NCBI GenBank assembly: GCA_964016885.1
Contig: OZ024741.1
Coordinates: 174,592,001-174,656,000 of the forward strand
Source: Eledone cirrhosa
Taxonomy: Eukaryota
Reading direction: 5' to 3'
DNA length: 64,000 nucleotides
Shown here: piece after piece, positions 1 through 11,864 of the stretch
Position numbering within the stretch: position 1 is the stretch's first letter
Layout of the letters: each line of letters starts with the position of its first letter
Made by a program: the position numbers and the translations under genes
The notes under the pieces: generated by a model
The model's input: only the letters and a program-made list of their open reading frames with translations
The model's database searches: none
What the model was told of the DNA's origin: nothing

Positions 1-361
1 ATCAAGGAAAGAAAGGCATTACCTTTAAAAAAAAGCAAGAAGGGTATCCAGCTATAGAATTTTGCCTCCAAAACTTCATTCCAAACCATGTTAATATGGG
101 GAAATAGCTGTAAAACTGATGATGATGAACTCCATATATGGTCGCTACGTTTTGAAACATTCTTATTTAAGCAGATCTTGTCTAATCTCAATCTTTAGAG
201 GATTCATCAGAAAATACACACAGAAAAATAGATGAACAAACAACTACATCTTTACCTTGTCAGTCATCTTCTGGCATGCAATTTTGTGCATTAAAAAGGG
301 ATTGCACATGTAATGTCAGTTTGTGCATCAGTTTGGAGAACTGCTCTATTGGTAACATGCT

Positions 362-575
362 TCAGACACTGGCGTCCTTGGCCCTAGGACCACCTCCCTA
401 CCCACTCCCATCGGCACAGAGTTGGCTACCTGAAGGTGTGAGCCTCACGAGCTGGAATGGCTCTTCCAGTGCGTCTCCCTCACCATCCTCCAGGGAAACG
501 CCTTCTCTATTCTGTCTGCCGGGGCCGGGAGGCGACCAGCGTGTGGGCCCCTATTTGCTTATAATAGTGAAAAAT
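362..575 (+). mobile_element. C-terminal relic of a CRE-like (REL-endonuclease) non-LTR retrotransposon
   Basis: GC-rich island. Conceptual translation with frameshifts and a stop gives roughly (E)TLGVLGP...IGTELAT*RCEPHELEWLFQCVSLTILQGNAFSILS, matching the ETLG..GP / FQRxSxxIxRGNAxSIL pattern at CRE-clade ORF ends. Confidence 0.6.
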
Positions 576-580
576 GGTGT

Positions 581-850
581 ATCATCATTCATCATTTCAT
601 TTTACGTCCGCTTTTTCCCTGCTTGCAAGGGTGGGACGGGAACTGATTCTAGCTTGATTTCTACAGCTGGATGCCCTTCCTAACACCAACCTCATTTACA
701 GTTAGTGCTGGGTGCTGTTTTGCCGTGGCACCTCCACGGCCACTTTGCAGTGGAATGATATGGACCCCAGTCCCTATCATCTCATTTCTACAGCTGAGTA
801 AACTGGAGCAATGTGAAATAAAGTGTCTTGCTCAAGGAAACAACACATCA
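581..850 (-). mobile_element. tRNA-derived SINE (family A, RTE-type tail), 5'-truncated
   Basis: Near-identical to the full copies at 31852-32180 and 55630-55977; ends in an (ATG)n-type tail. Confidence 0.85.
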
Positions 851-1889
851 TATATATATTTATTTACCACACCACATTAATACTTAAAGGTCATTGTAAT
901 TCGGGGTTGTTTTATTTGCAAATATTGGTGATTAATTAATTAATCGATTTTATCTTATAGAAAGACCAAATTAGTCCTGGAAGCTATGGTAAATATGAGG
1001 GTCACTTATATCATTGCAAAGATTATACAGCAAAATTTACAGTTGTAAAGTATTATGACTAGAATTAAAACATATCTTTCAAAAGTAATAACACCTGCCT
1101 CTTGGTGGGTTGGCAAGATCTTATTGTTTCTTAGTGGTTCTTATTAACATTTTTGGCTCCATGCCTCACCAGGATAGCCCCCCCCCCCCCTTCCATAAAA
1201 AAAAACTTTTCCCACTTCTCCCATTTCTCATTATGTTTGGTGTAAAAAAGATATAATGTAAAATTTAGAAACATTGATTCCCCACCCCCCACCACCCCGC
1301 CAAAAATAAATATCAATTAAAATTAAATCACCTCTCTGTAGGATGTGTACCCCACATTCAGAATCACTAGTTTTAGCATAGATGGATTTAAAGACCAGTT
1401 TTTAAATGTTTTTTAATTATCAGCTTCATTATTATCATCATCATCATCATCATCATATTTACATCCACTATTCCATGCTGGCATTGGCTTGGGTAGGAAT
1501 TTTTGAGGCAATGTTTCATGGTCGGATGCTCTTCCCATTACCAACCCTTTTAGTCACTGTTTGCGACACTGAGATAATTAGTGCTTTGAAAATAGTTTCT
1601 TCATATTAATTTGATGTATTTTATCTAATTCCATCATAGTTAATTACTAATAACTCACTGTGCCTACCTGCCTAGTAACTTAACTACTATCTTTTAACTG
1701 TATCTCATTACATCCCACTGTTTTCTCTGCTTTCCTTATCAAGACTTTATGCATATTTTTTTAATCTCAAACACCATCTTAATGTATATTTGCACTAAGT
1801 AGTTTATTCCATTTCATTTATTGCAAGCAGCTTTAAGCCATCCGTAAATAAGAGATTACTATTATTATTATTATTATTATTATTACTAT

Positions 1890-2245
1890 GTAACCTGTCT
1901 CACATTACATACACATATGCATTTCTTATATCTACATGTGTATTTCTCTCTCTCTTATATATATATTTATATATACATATGTGTATACCGTTTTCTTTCT
2001 TTTCTTACACTTGCCTATCTTATTCTTCTCTCCCTCATTCTATCTTCTGATGAAGGACTCACATCCAAAACATTAAGAGACTTTTCCTACTATATCAAGC
2101 ATTAAACTAATATATATCATCATTGCCTCAAGTAGGACAATTCCCGTCTAAACCCATGCTAGCATGGAGCATAGACGTTAAACGATGATGATGATGATTG
2201 TAATGTATTGTCCTTGTGTGTTTTTTCTTGTTGACTTTTCTCATA
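1890..2245 (+). mobile_element. Hammerhead-bearing Penelope/retrozyme-like short element, decayed copy
   Basis: TCTT-CTGATGA-A-GGA-CTCACA-TCC-aAAA-CaTT-AAGA at 2043-2078, followed by caagcattaaactaatatat, which is shared with 6006-6190 (-) and 34546-34618. Left boundary approximate. Confidence 0.6.
2126..2197 (+). mobile_element. Ultra-short RTE 3'-tail insertion
   Basis: Matches the last ~70 nt of the RTE at 11865-13131 (cctcaagtaggacaa...ccatgctagcatgg...(GAT)n); interrupts the hammerhead element with attg on both sides. Confidence 0.8.
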
Positions 2246-2255
2246 TATATGTATA

Positions 2256-5200
2256 TCTATATATATAAATCTGAGGATGTGTGTGTTAAGGTTTGTAACG
2301 AATTCACGTCCACAATTTCCAACGGATTCTATTCAAAGTCGGGACAATTATTACTTTTGGTCAGGAAAAGGTCATGAAGCAAAAAAATTTCAAATCCATT
2401 AACAATAAGGGCAAAAATCGATCATGATCATTCCTCCTCTCTATAATTTAACTGCTTTACTCTCTCTGTCACTCTTCACTCCCTATATGACAACACTGCA
2501 GAGAGAGAAACGATGTGTACGATCAAATGGAGCGTTCCGTATATTCCTTCTCTCTATAATTTAACTGCTTTACTCTCTCTGTCGCTCTTCACTCTCTATA
2601 TGATAACACTGCAGTGGAGCGTTCCGTATTGACATACGGCTTATCTGGGGCATTTTCAATCGGCTTATTGCAAATAACAACCCGCAAAATAACACTTCAT
2701 ATAACAGATTAATGCTATAGACATATGAATCGGAATGTAACCCGTGAACTTTTTTCTGGGCAAAATTATTCGAACAGACATGACCTCATTGCCAGAGTGT
2801 TCAGACTGAAACTGGCTAAACTCATGGCTTTAATCAAAAAGGGTCAGGTATTTGGGGCTATAAAATGTGACATGTTCACCGTCGAATGGCAAAAACGAGG
2901 GCTGCCACATGCTCACATTTTGATCTGGTTAGCTGATAAAATCAATTCAAATGCCATAGACAGCTTCATTTCGGCTGAAATCCCTAACCCAGCAACTGCC
3001 CAGGAATTACATGACATCGTCAAAGCTAACATGGTCCGTGTGCGTCGGGTCCTAATGAGCATCACACGTGTCTGAAAGGGGAGAGGGATCGTGCAGTAAA
3101 GGAACCCAAAAAAGTTTGTTGACGAGACTCTGACTGGTGGCGACGGGTACTCCCTGTACAGGCAGAGACGGCCCGAGAACGGTGGCTTCACCACAACAGT
3201 AAAGGGAGGTCAAGTCGACAATAGATGGGTGGTCCGTTACTGCCCGCTTCTTTTGAAGATGTTCAACGCCCACATCAACGTTGAGTTTTGCAACTCCGTC
3301 AAATCGATAAAATACATATGCAAATATGTAAATAAGGGCTCTGATGCCGCAATGTTCGCATTAAAGGTGAAAATAGCAGGGACAAGGTCACAGAATACCT
3401 GGCGGGGCGGTACATCAGTAGCAATGAAGCTTTTTGGCGCCTATTTGGTTTACCCCTACACCAACGGCACCCCGCCATCGTACAGCTTGCAGTACATTTG
3501 GAAAATGGGCAAAGAGTTTACTTTACGGACCAAACCGCCGCCAATTTGGCCGTCGATCTGAAAGAGACCACTCTGACGGGTTTCTTCAAACTTTGCCAAT
3601 TTGATACATTTGCACAAACAATTGTGTACCCTCAGGTTCCATCCTACTTTATATAGTCGAAAAACACTTGGGTGCGAAGAAAGTCAGGTCAGGCTGTTGA
3701 AAGACATCCTGGTGTAAAATTTGACAGCTGTCTTGGAAGGGTTTACACTGTGCCCCCAAGTCAGCATGAGTGCTTTCATCTCCGCCTTCTTCTGCATGAA
3801 GTTGTAGGCCCACAAAGTTTTCAGGACCTCAAAACTATTGATGGAGAAATATGTGATACGTACCGGGAAGCCTGCTTTAAGCGTGGTCTTTTGGAAGATG
3901 ATTCGCAATGGGATTCCACTTTAGCAGAGGGTGCTTTGTTGAAATCACCTAAAAGTCTACGGGAACTCTTTGCCATTTTGCTTCAAAAGTGTGAATTGGG
4001 TGATCCCAAATCTTTATGAGTCAAGTACAGAGACTTCATGTTTGAGGACTTTCTGCGCCTGGCTCATCTGCAGTATCCTTCAGTGGAAGTTGCTTACAGC
4101 AACATTATCTACAACAGGGCACTCATTGATATCGAGGACGCCCTACACGACATGGGTGGGAGTGAATTGGCGACATATAGCTTGCCGTCAACCGTCAGAG
4201 CGGAAGCTAACACGTTGGCCCCGGATTTGTTGCGGGAAACAGCATATGACATCGAATCTCTTTCCCAATACTTAGAGGAAAATGAGCCCAAACTTCTGTC
4301 AGACCAAAGGTTGGCCTATTTAACTATCATTGATGCGGTTCAAAATCAGACTCGGGGTATTTACTTTCTCGATGCTCCTGGGGGTACCGGAAAAACTTAT
4401 GTAACGAAATTGATTCTCGCTAAGATTCGTCAGGAGAATAAAATTGCGTTGGCCGTTGCATCGTCCGGGATCGCTGCCTCTTTGCTGCCGGGAGGCAGGA
4501 CAGCACATTCAACCTTTAAACTCCCCTTGGATTTAGTAAAATCTGAGACACCAACATACAATATCAGCAAGAGCTCACACAAAGCTCTGGTTCTCAAAAA
4601 ATGTTGCCTCATTGTTTGGGATGAGTGCACAATGACACACAAAGGTGCCTTTGAGGCATTGGACAGGACCCTGAAAGACATTAGGGATTCTACGGCTCAT
4701 ATGGGTGGCGTAACCATTCTGCTATCAGGGGATTTTCGACAAACGCTGCCTGTCATCCCCAAAGGGACGAGCTGATGAAGTGCCTGCCTGCCTTAAGTCG
4801 TCCATGTTGTGGCTCCAGGTGAAGAGTTTGTACCTGAGCACAAATATGCGTGCTCATTTGCATGGTGACATGTCTGCAGCATTTGCTCAGAACATTCTAG
4901 CATTTGGTGAGGGCAAGGTCCCTGCAGATGACAAGGACGGCATAGCAATCGACTCCCTGTGCAACATTGTGAACAGCCCTTCTGACCTTTGGGAAGCAGT
5001 TTTTCCTAATGTCTCAATTTTAAAAACCTCGATTGGCTCAGCGAAAGAGCCATCCTTGCTCTGAAAAATACCATGGTTAATTTTATTAACGAGCAGCTGA
5101 TTGAGAAGATTCCCGGTAAAGAGAACATCTTCAAATCTATCGACCGGACGTCAGACCCTGACGATATCGTTAATTATCCGGTTGAGTTATTAAATTCCCT

Positions 5201-5942
5201 TGAGCCCCCAGGGCTCCCACCTCACATTCTTAAGCTTAGGGTTGGCTGTCCCATTAAGATAATAAGGAACTTGTGTCCACCAAAGCAGTGCAACCAGTAC
5301 TCGCATGGTCGTCAAGTCACTGACGCCCCACTTGATTGAGGCCACCATTGTAACGGGGTGCGGGAGAGGGGAGAATGTTTTCATTCCAAGGATGAACCTT
5401 TTCCCCTCGGCGTCGGATATCCCGTTCGATTTCCGGCGATCCCAATTCCCGGTAACACCATGTTTTGCAATGTTCATTAACAAGTCACAAGGGCAAACAT
5501 TGTCGGTGGTGGGCATCCATTTGGGGAAGCCATGCTTCTCCCATGGCCAACTTTATTAATTTTTGCTTACACTCCTCAAGGGATGACACGCAATATCGTC
5601 TACAAAGAGATGCTATAGATGTTGGTGCAGGTGTTTGAGGTGTTGGAGCTATGCCGTCTGGAAAACTATTTCCTGGTAGGGTCACCTATCTGGCGGACAG
5701 ATCTGACACCTAGCGGCATCAGGGCCACCATCTTGCAACTTTGGTCTGCTAAATTCGCTATTGGAAGATTATTAACCCATCATTGATTGTCCAAAATGCT
5801 AATTAGTTCGTAACTTTTAATAACCGGTTCAACTGTTTTATGCACTTAATTGATAAGCTTATTCGCTTTCAAGCCACATTTACCTGTATGTAACTTTTCA
5901 TAGCAAATGAACAAACCCGAGCAACGCCGAGCTAAACTGCTA

Positions 5943-5943
<1 letters not shown>
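2256..5943 (+). mobile_element. Helitron (rolling-circle transposon), both termini present, internally deleted, non-functional
   Basis: 5' A|TCTATATATATAAA at 2256; 3' degenerate GC hairpin cccgagcaacgccgag (5916-5931) then CTAG|T (5940-5943); internal Rep and PIF1-helicase coding remnants. Confidence 0.93.
2725..5600 (+). pseudogene. Helitron RepHel pseudogene (HUH Rep plus PIF1-family helicase), multiple frameshifts and stops
   Basis: Rep motif 2 VEWQKRGLPHAHILIW, motif 3 IKYICKYVNKG, Walker A LDAPGGTGKT, Walker B IVWDECTM, GDFRQTLP and NKSQGQTL, spread over ORFs 2725-3075, 3229-, 3672-4019, 4038-4775, 4780-, 5073- and 5305-5559. Confidence 0.95.
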
Positions 5944-6005
<62 letters not shown>

Positions 6006-6006
<1 letters not shown>

Positions 6007-6190
6007 AAAAGGTAAACAGAAATAATACAACAAATGGCACAGTACATGGAAGGAATATATTAGTTTAATACTTGAAATAGCAGGAAGTGGGTCTTAACGT
6101 TTCGGACGCTAGTCCTTCATCAGAAGAAAGAATGCGAAATTCAAAAAGAGATAGAAAGATTGAGGGGATGGGCAGGGCAGAATCGGATAT
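6006..6190 (-). mobile_element. Hammerhead-bearing Penelope/retrozyme-like short element
   Basis: Shares the ribozyme and downstream flank with 1890-2245 and the 3' end with 34546-34618; bounded by (TA)n/(TG)n. Confidence 0.6.
6092..6127 (-). ncRNA. Minimal type I hammerhead ribozyme motif (core intact)
   Basis: Minus strand reads TCTT-CTGATGA-A-GGA-CTAGCG-TCC-GAAA-CG-TT-AAGA: stem I TCTT/AAGA, stem II GGA/TCC, palindromic ACGT stem III, predicted GUU cleavage. Confidence 0.75.
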
Positions 6191-7169
6191 ATATATATAA
6201 TAATAATAAAAAGATATACATGCATATACACACATATATCCCTGAATTTGTGTGGTGCCAACCTTAACCATTGTTGCTCTATGATTAATAGGGACAAAAT
6301 AATCTGAATGAATTAGATTGACTCTATATCAGAGCTATATAATACATTTCCTTATAATGTATTATATATCATCATCATCATCATCTTCGTTTAACGTCCA
6401 TTTTCCACGCTAGCAATATATATTTCCTATCAACCTTGAAAAGATGGAAGGCAAAGTACTAGTCAAGCACTGGGGTCTATATAATTGACTTTCCCAACCC
6501 CCCAAAATTGCTGGCCTTGTGCCAAAAAGCATAGAGTTACGTCCCTTTATGATCTGAGTTCAAATCCCGCCGAGGTTAACTTTGCCTTTCATCCTTACGG
6601 GGTCGATAAAATAAAGTACCTGTAATGTACTGGGTAATTGCTTGCCTTGTGCCTCAAATAGAAACAATTATTATCATAGGTCTCTCTATCTTTATAGTTG
6701 CTCCATAGTCTTTGCAAAGATTTTAAATGTCACTTTCTGCATTTGCTGGAATTGTTCGAAGATTTACTATGCTCTTTCAGTTAGTATTCCATTGGCTGTG
6801 TTGAGAATATTTATCTCCCTCCTATATTTCAAGATATATCTATAAATAATACTGGCCACTATATTATAACCCCCTATGAACTAAACAGCTTCCACATCAG
6901 TAGATACAATGATATTGGCCTGGAATTTATCTGCTGTATTGTCTTTATATCTGAATACTTCAAACATAGAGCTGTCTTTCTTTGTACTGTCTTGCCTCAT
7001 GATGTTGATGATGAATGCAGTGGTGGTTAGTGGCGACGGTGTAGTGGTGGTGATGGTGGTGGGAATGATTATGGTGATGTTAAGGATATGGATGGTAGTG
7101 GTGGTGATGGCTGGGATGGGGATAATGATGGTGATGAGGGATGTCGTAGTCATCATTATCATGTATCAG

Positions 7170-7768
7170 TAGAATAGTTAGAGTGATAGACAAAAGGCTT
7201 TAAGTTATTTGTTACGGCGCTTTACATTCTGAGTTCAAATCTTGCCACAGTCAACTTTGCCTTTTATCCTTCCAGGGTTCATAAAGTAAAACAGCAGTCA
7301 AGTACTGGCCTTTGATGTAAACAACCTTTCCCTCTCCCTGCAAACAGCTGGCCTTGTGTCTAAATTAGAGACCTTTGTTGTTATTAGTGGATTGGCAGTA
7401 TCGGTAGAGGGTCGGACGCCATGCTTTCCAGCATAGTTACGTCCCTTTACGATCTGAGTTCAAATCCCGCCGAGGTTGACTTTGCCTTTCATCCTTACGG
7501 GGTCGATAAAATAAAGTACCAGTAATGCACTGGGTAATTTGCTGGCCTTGTGCCTAAAGTAGAAACAATTATTGAGGCGGTGAATTGGCAGTATCGGTAG
7601 AGGGTTGGACGCCATGCTTTCTAGCATAGTTACGTCCCGTCACGATCTGAGTTCAAATCCCGTCAAGGTTAACTTTGCCTTTCATCCTTACGGGGTCGAT
7701 AAAATAAAGTACCAGTAATGTACTGGGTAATTGCTGGCCTTGTGCCTAAAGTAGAAACAATTATTATT
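7170..7768 (+). mobile_element. Head-to-tail trimer of ~190-bp SINE (family B)
   Basis: Each unit has tggcagtatcggtagag (A-box-like), gagttcaaatccc (B box), gcctttcatccttacggggtcgataaaataaagtaccag and an (ATT)n tail. Further copies near 6530, 17750, 22130, 23340, 27650, 30300, 47980, 51035 and 59020. Confidence 0.85.
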
Positions 7769-8092
7769 GTTGTTGTTTGCCATGAAGTTTCACAAAGTTC
7801 AACTTAAACTGTGATTTCTTCCAGGATTACTTGAAAACCCTCCCCTTTATTACACATCTCATCTAGGTTTCTTCAGTGTTCTGATGTTGAGTGCCCCTAT
7901 CCCACTAATCAATAACCCCACCATCTTATAAGTAGCAAAGGAAACCTGAGATAATGTCTGTGGTATAGGGTTAACCAGATTTTTATAATGAGATGGTTTA
8001 TTCGGTGTTTTAATGATGGAGATGGGGGTGGGGAGAGTTCTATGATGAATAAAACAAACAGATTGGCATGACAAAAGAGGTTTTGTGGTGAG

Positions 8093-8530
8093 CTATCTTG
8101 AAAGGGTTGAGGACAAGCACTTTTCTCTTTGGTAAAGCCCTGGTGCACTTTTTCAAATCTCACTTGAAGTTAGGGTTAGGATCAGGATGGAGAGGGAAGT
8201 GTTACCTTTCTAACCAGTTTGTCAAAAGGGAGGTTGAGTGTAGTGTCATGAGCATGGTCCAAGTAGATTGGAGGACTTGCCCTGGTGATCTGAGTGACCA
8301 TGGCTTTTTATTGGCTTTCTTCATGAGTAACCTTCAGAAGTCCCCCCCCCCCCCCCCCCCCATACTGGGGAATTTTCTTCTATTTCAATTCTTTTTTTTT
8401 TACATGCTTTTCTTGTTACCACTTTTTTTTTTATATGCAAAAACCCAATTTGTGCTATATCGATATCATCTTCAATGTTTTCTTGATGTCAACCCTGTAT
8501 GACTCATAAAGAAACCACTATCATCATCAC
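8093..8530 (+). mobile_element. Possible L1/Tx1-like LINE 3' relic
   Basis: KGLRTSTFLFGKALVHFFKSHLK...(R)MEREVL...FVKR, then a pyrimidine-rich UTR and a (CAT)n tail; a related fragment (VEREVLSSSKFTK) lies near 23128-23300. Clade assignment is tentative. Confidence 0.4.
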
Positions 8531-8849
8531 CATCATCATTATTATTATTGATACAATTACTGTAAAAAAAGTCCCCACCACCACCATCTTAGTTAATGGC
8601 ATCATCAAAACAATACCATCTTCACCACCACTACCACCTTAGTTAAAGTCATCACCACTACTACCACTACCTTAGACAATGTCACTACCATCATCACATT
8701 CACTGCCACCACGATCCCCAGCACATCCACTGCCATCATTGCAAGTATTATCAGCCATTGTCATGCTAACCATTACAACCATTGTTATACCATCACCATG
8801 TAGACACTGTTGCTATTACAGAAACAATTGACATAATTGCACTGTCTAA

Positions 8850-10315
8850 TATATCATCTTTGATATTATCATCACTGTCACCACCATCACCATCATCATA
8901 ATCCTAATAGTCACCATCATCATTGTTATCATCACCATCATCATCGTTATCATCATCCTAATCAGCATCATCATTCTCATCATCATCATCATCACCATCT
9001 CTATCACCACTACCATCATCATCATCACCACTACCATCACCATTGCAATCATGGCTGCCATCATCATCATCAACACTATCACCACCACCATCATTGCAAT
9101 CATCATCATCATCACCATCTCTATCACCACCACCATCACCATTGCAGTCATGGCTGCCATCATCATCATCAACACTATCACCACCACCATCATTGCAATC
9201 ATCATCATCATCACCATCTCTATCACCATTGCAGTCATGGCTGCCATCACCATCATCAACACTATCACCACCACCACCATTGCAATCATCATCACCATCA
9301 CCACCACCACCATTGCAGTCATGGCTGCCATCATCATCATCATCAACACTATCACCACCACCATCATTGCAATCATCATCATCATCACCATCACCACCAC
9401 CACCATTGCAATCATCATCATCATCACCATCTCTATCACCATTGCAGTCATGGCTGCCATCACCATCATCAACACTATCACCACCACCACCATTGTAGTC
9501 ATCATCATCACCATCTCTATCACCATTGCAGTCATGGTTGCCATCATCATCACCATCTCTATCACCATTGCAGTCATGGCTGCCATCATCATCATCAACA
9601 CTATCACCACCACCATCATTATCATCATCATCACCATCTCTATCACCACCACCATCACCATTGCAGTCATGGCTGCCATCATCATCATCAACACTATCAC
9701 CACCACCATCATTGCAATCATCATCATCATCACCATCTCTATCACCACCACCATCACCATTGCAGTCATGGCTGCCATCATCATCATCAACACTATTACC
9801 ACCACCACCATCATTATCATCATCATCACCATCTCTATCACCACCACCATCACCATTGCAGTCATGGCTGCCATCATCATCATCAACACTATCACCACCA
9901 CCATCATTGCAATCATCATCATCATCACCATCTCTATCACCACCACCATCACCATTGCAGTCATGGCTGCCATCATCATCATCAACACTATTACCACCAC
10001 CACCATCATTATCATTGTCATCACCATCTCTATCACCACTACCATCACCATCGCAGTCATGGCTGCCATCATCATCACCAACACTATCACCACCATCGTT
10101 GTCATCATCATCATCATCATCATCACTGTCACCATCACCTTCATTATCATTGCTACTACCACCACCACCATTATCATCTTCATCATCATCATCACTGCCA
10201 TCGTTATCATTGCCACCACAACCACCATTGTCATCATCATCATCATCATCACTGTTACCATTGCTACCACCACCACAATCACCATTGCCATCATCATCAT
10301 CATCATCATCATCTC
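8850..10315. repeat. (ATC/ACC)n-derived higher-order minisatellite, ~99-bp unit
   Basis: Marker attgcagtcatggctgcc recurs (e.g. 9042, 9141) with triplet-sized length variation. Confidence 0.95.
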
Positions 10316-10788
10316 TGACATTGACAGCATCAGTGTGAAAGCAAGAAGCTCAATATATCACATAACTTATTTAACGTATCGTTAATTTGCATCCGGAAGT
10401 TTGCACAAAGTTGACTCATTTGTTATTAGTGGTTATATGTGTGTATGTGCATGTGTGTTTGTAGGAACACATATACACATACACAAATGCGTTTATTGAA
10501 AACAACTGTTCTTCTTTGTTAATGATTTATTTTTGGGGGGTTTTGTCATATTTCCTTATGTTGAATGTAACTTGGAAATAATAGTATATTTTTAATCCTA
10601 GCTGATGACAGTATTACATGTAACAACACTAATTTTGTGTTTCCTTGCTACCCACTATAAAAACCATGGAGAATGCCATTATCAAACATGTCATCCAGGT
10701 GTTAGCTAGATGTTCTAGAAACATTGGTCTTTAGAATGGTTTTGTTCCAAACTAAACATAAAGATTTATTATAAATAGATATGATTAA

Positions 10789-11009
10789 CCCTTTAGCATT
10801 TAAACCGGCCGTATCCAGCCAGAATGATCTCATCTCTTTCTGTTCAAACTGGCCCTAACTGGCCACTCATAGTGACGTTAAGGTAGTGTTCTCAAAATAA
10901 ATAACATCAAAATCTTGTAGATTTGATATTATGTGAGATAATTATGTAAGATAAAGCCTTTACCATAAAAATACAATAGTAAATATAGAGTAATGTAAAT
11001 GCTAATGGG
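10789..11009 (+). mobile_element. piggyBac-like MITE, 221 bp
   Basis: TTAA-CCCTTTAGCATTTA...TAAATGCTAATGGG-TTAA (TIRs plus TTAA duplication); seven copies in the window. Confidence 0.88.
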
Positions 11010-11023
11010 TTAAACTCAAACAC

Positions 11024-11260
11024 AGGTTCAGGTATGACTTGGTGATTAAAAAATTAGGTTTGAAAACCTAGTTACATGTTCAGTCTAAATGCATGGCACT
11101 TTAGACAAGTCTCTTCTACAAGGACATGTTGAAAAGTTCTTGGCTGAACCCATCTCCTAATTTAATTTTCAGCACACACCCAACTCCATCTTCAAAATTT
11201 GGTTTGATAAATGCCTTGTGAGTGAATTTTGGTAGACAGAAATTATACTGAAGCCTGTCA
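11024..11260 (+). mobile_element. Old tRNA-derived SINE (family C, CORE-like central segment)
   Basis: Decayed head plus ggcactttagacaagtctcttctac...gtgagtgaattttggtagac; related copies near 38008, 47463 (-), 51911 and 59440 (-). Confidence 0.6.
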
Positions 11261-11268
11261 TGTATCTA

Positions 11269-11312
<44 letters not shown>

Positions 11313-11864
11313 AATTGCCCTGGATGTAAAAACCATGATGATCATGATGATAGTTGTGTCTTCAAAGTAACTTGTTTAATCCTTTAGCTGCTATGTTTCT
11401 AATGAAAAACCACTGCATGTGGTTTTCAAATTATTTTGAAAATATTCAAGAATTTAGCTGGAGTTTAGAATATAATTTAATGTTCTTTACATAAAATTAT
11501 GATGGAATGTTTTTAGATAAATAAAGACGCTTTAAAACAAAAGTTTGTATAATAGAATCAGGGGAGGTTTCAAGTAATTTAGTATCAAAATAGGGAAAGA
11601 TAATCTCTTAAGGAAAAATTAGATGTCTATGTGTGTGTATATATATTTATGCATAGAGACAAACAAACACACATTTGTCTCAAGTAGATGGTTTACACCA
11701 TTGCTCCAGCAACATTCTCTTTGTCACCTGAAATAACAGACAAAAACAAAAAACTTTGAGTAGCAACAGGATGAATCATTTGCTTCAAACAAATAAATAA
11801 AACTCATACTACATGTATGTACACTTAAACCTCTCTGGTGTGTGTGTGTGTATATATATATATA

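Noticed and set aside
141-215. Minus-strand CTGATGA...caaaacgta as a possible hammerhead
   Set aside because: No convincing stem I or stem II pairing, and GAAA is absent.
276-683. 135-aa ORF as a host gene
   Set aside because: It is a chimera of off-frame retroelement relic and antisense SINE sequence.
8846-10385. 494-, 444- and 270-aa ORFs rich in Met/Val, Ile/Thr and Ser/Pro
   Set aside because: They are translations of a triplet-phased ATC/ACC array, with no domain, splice or promoter support.
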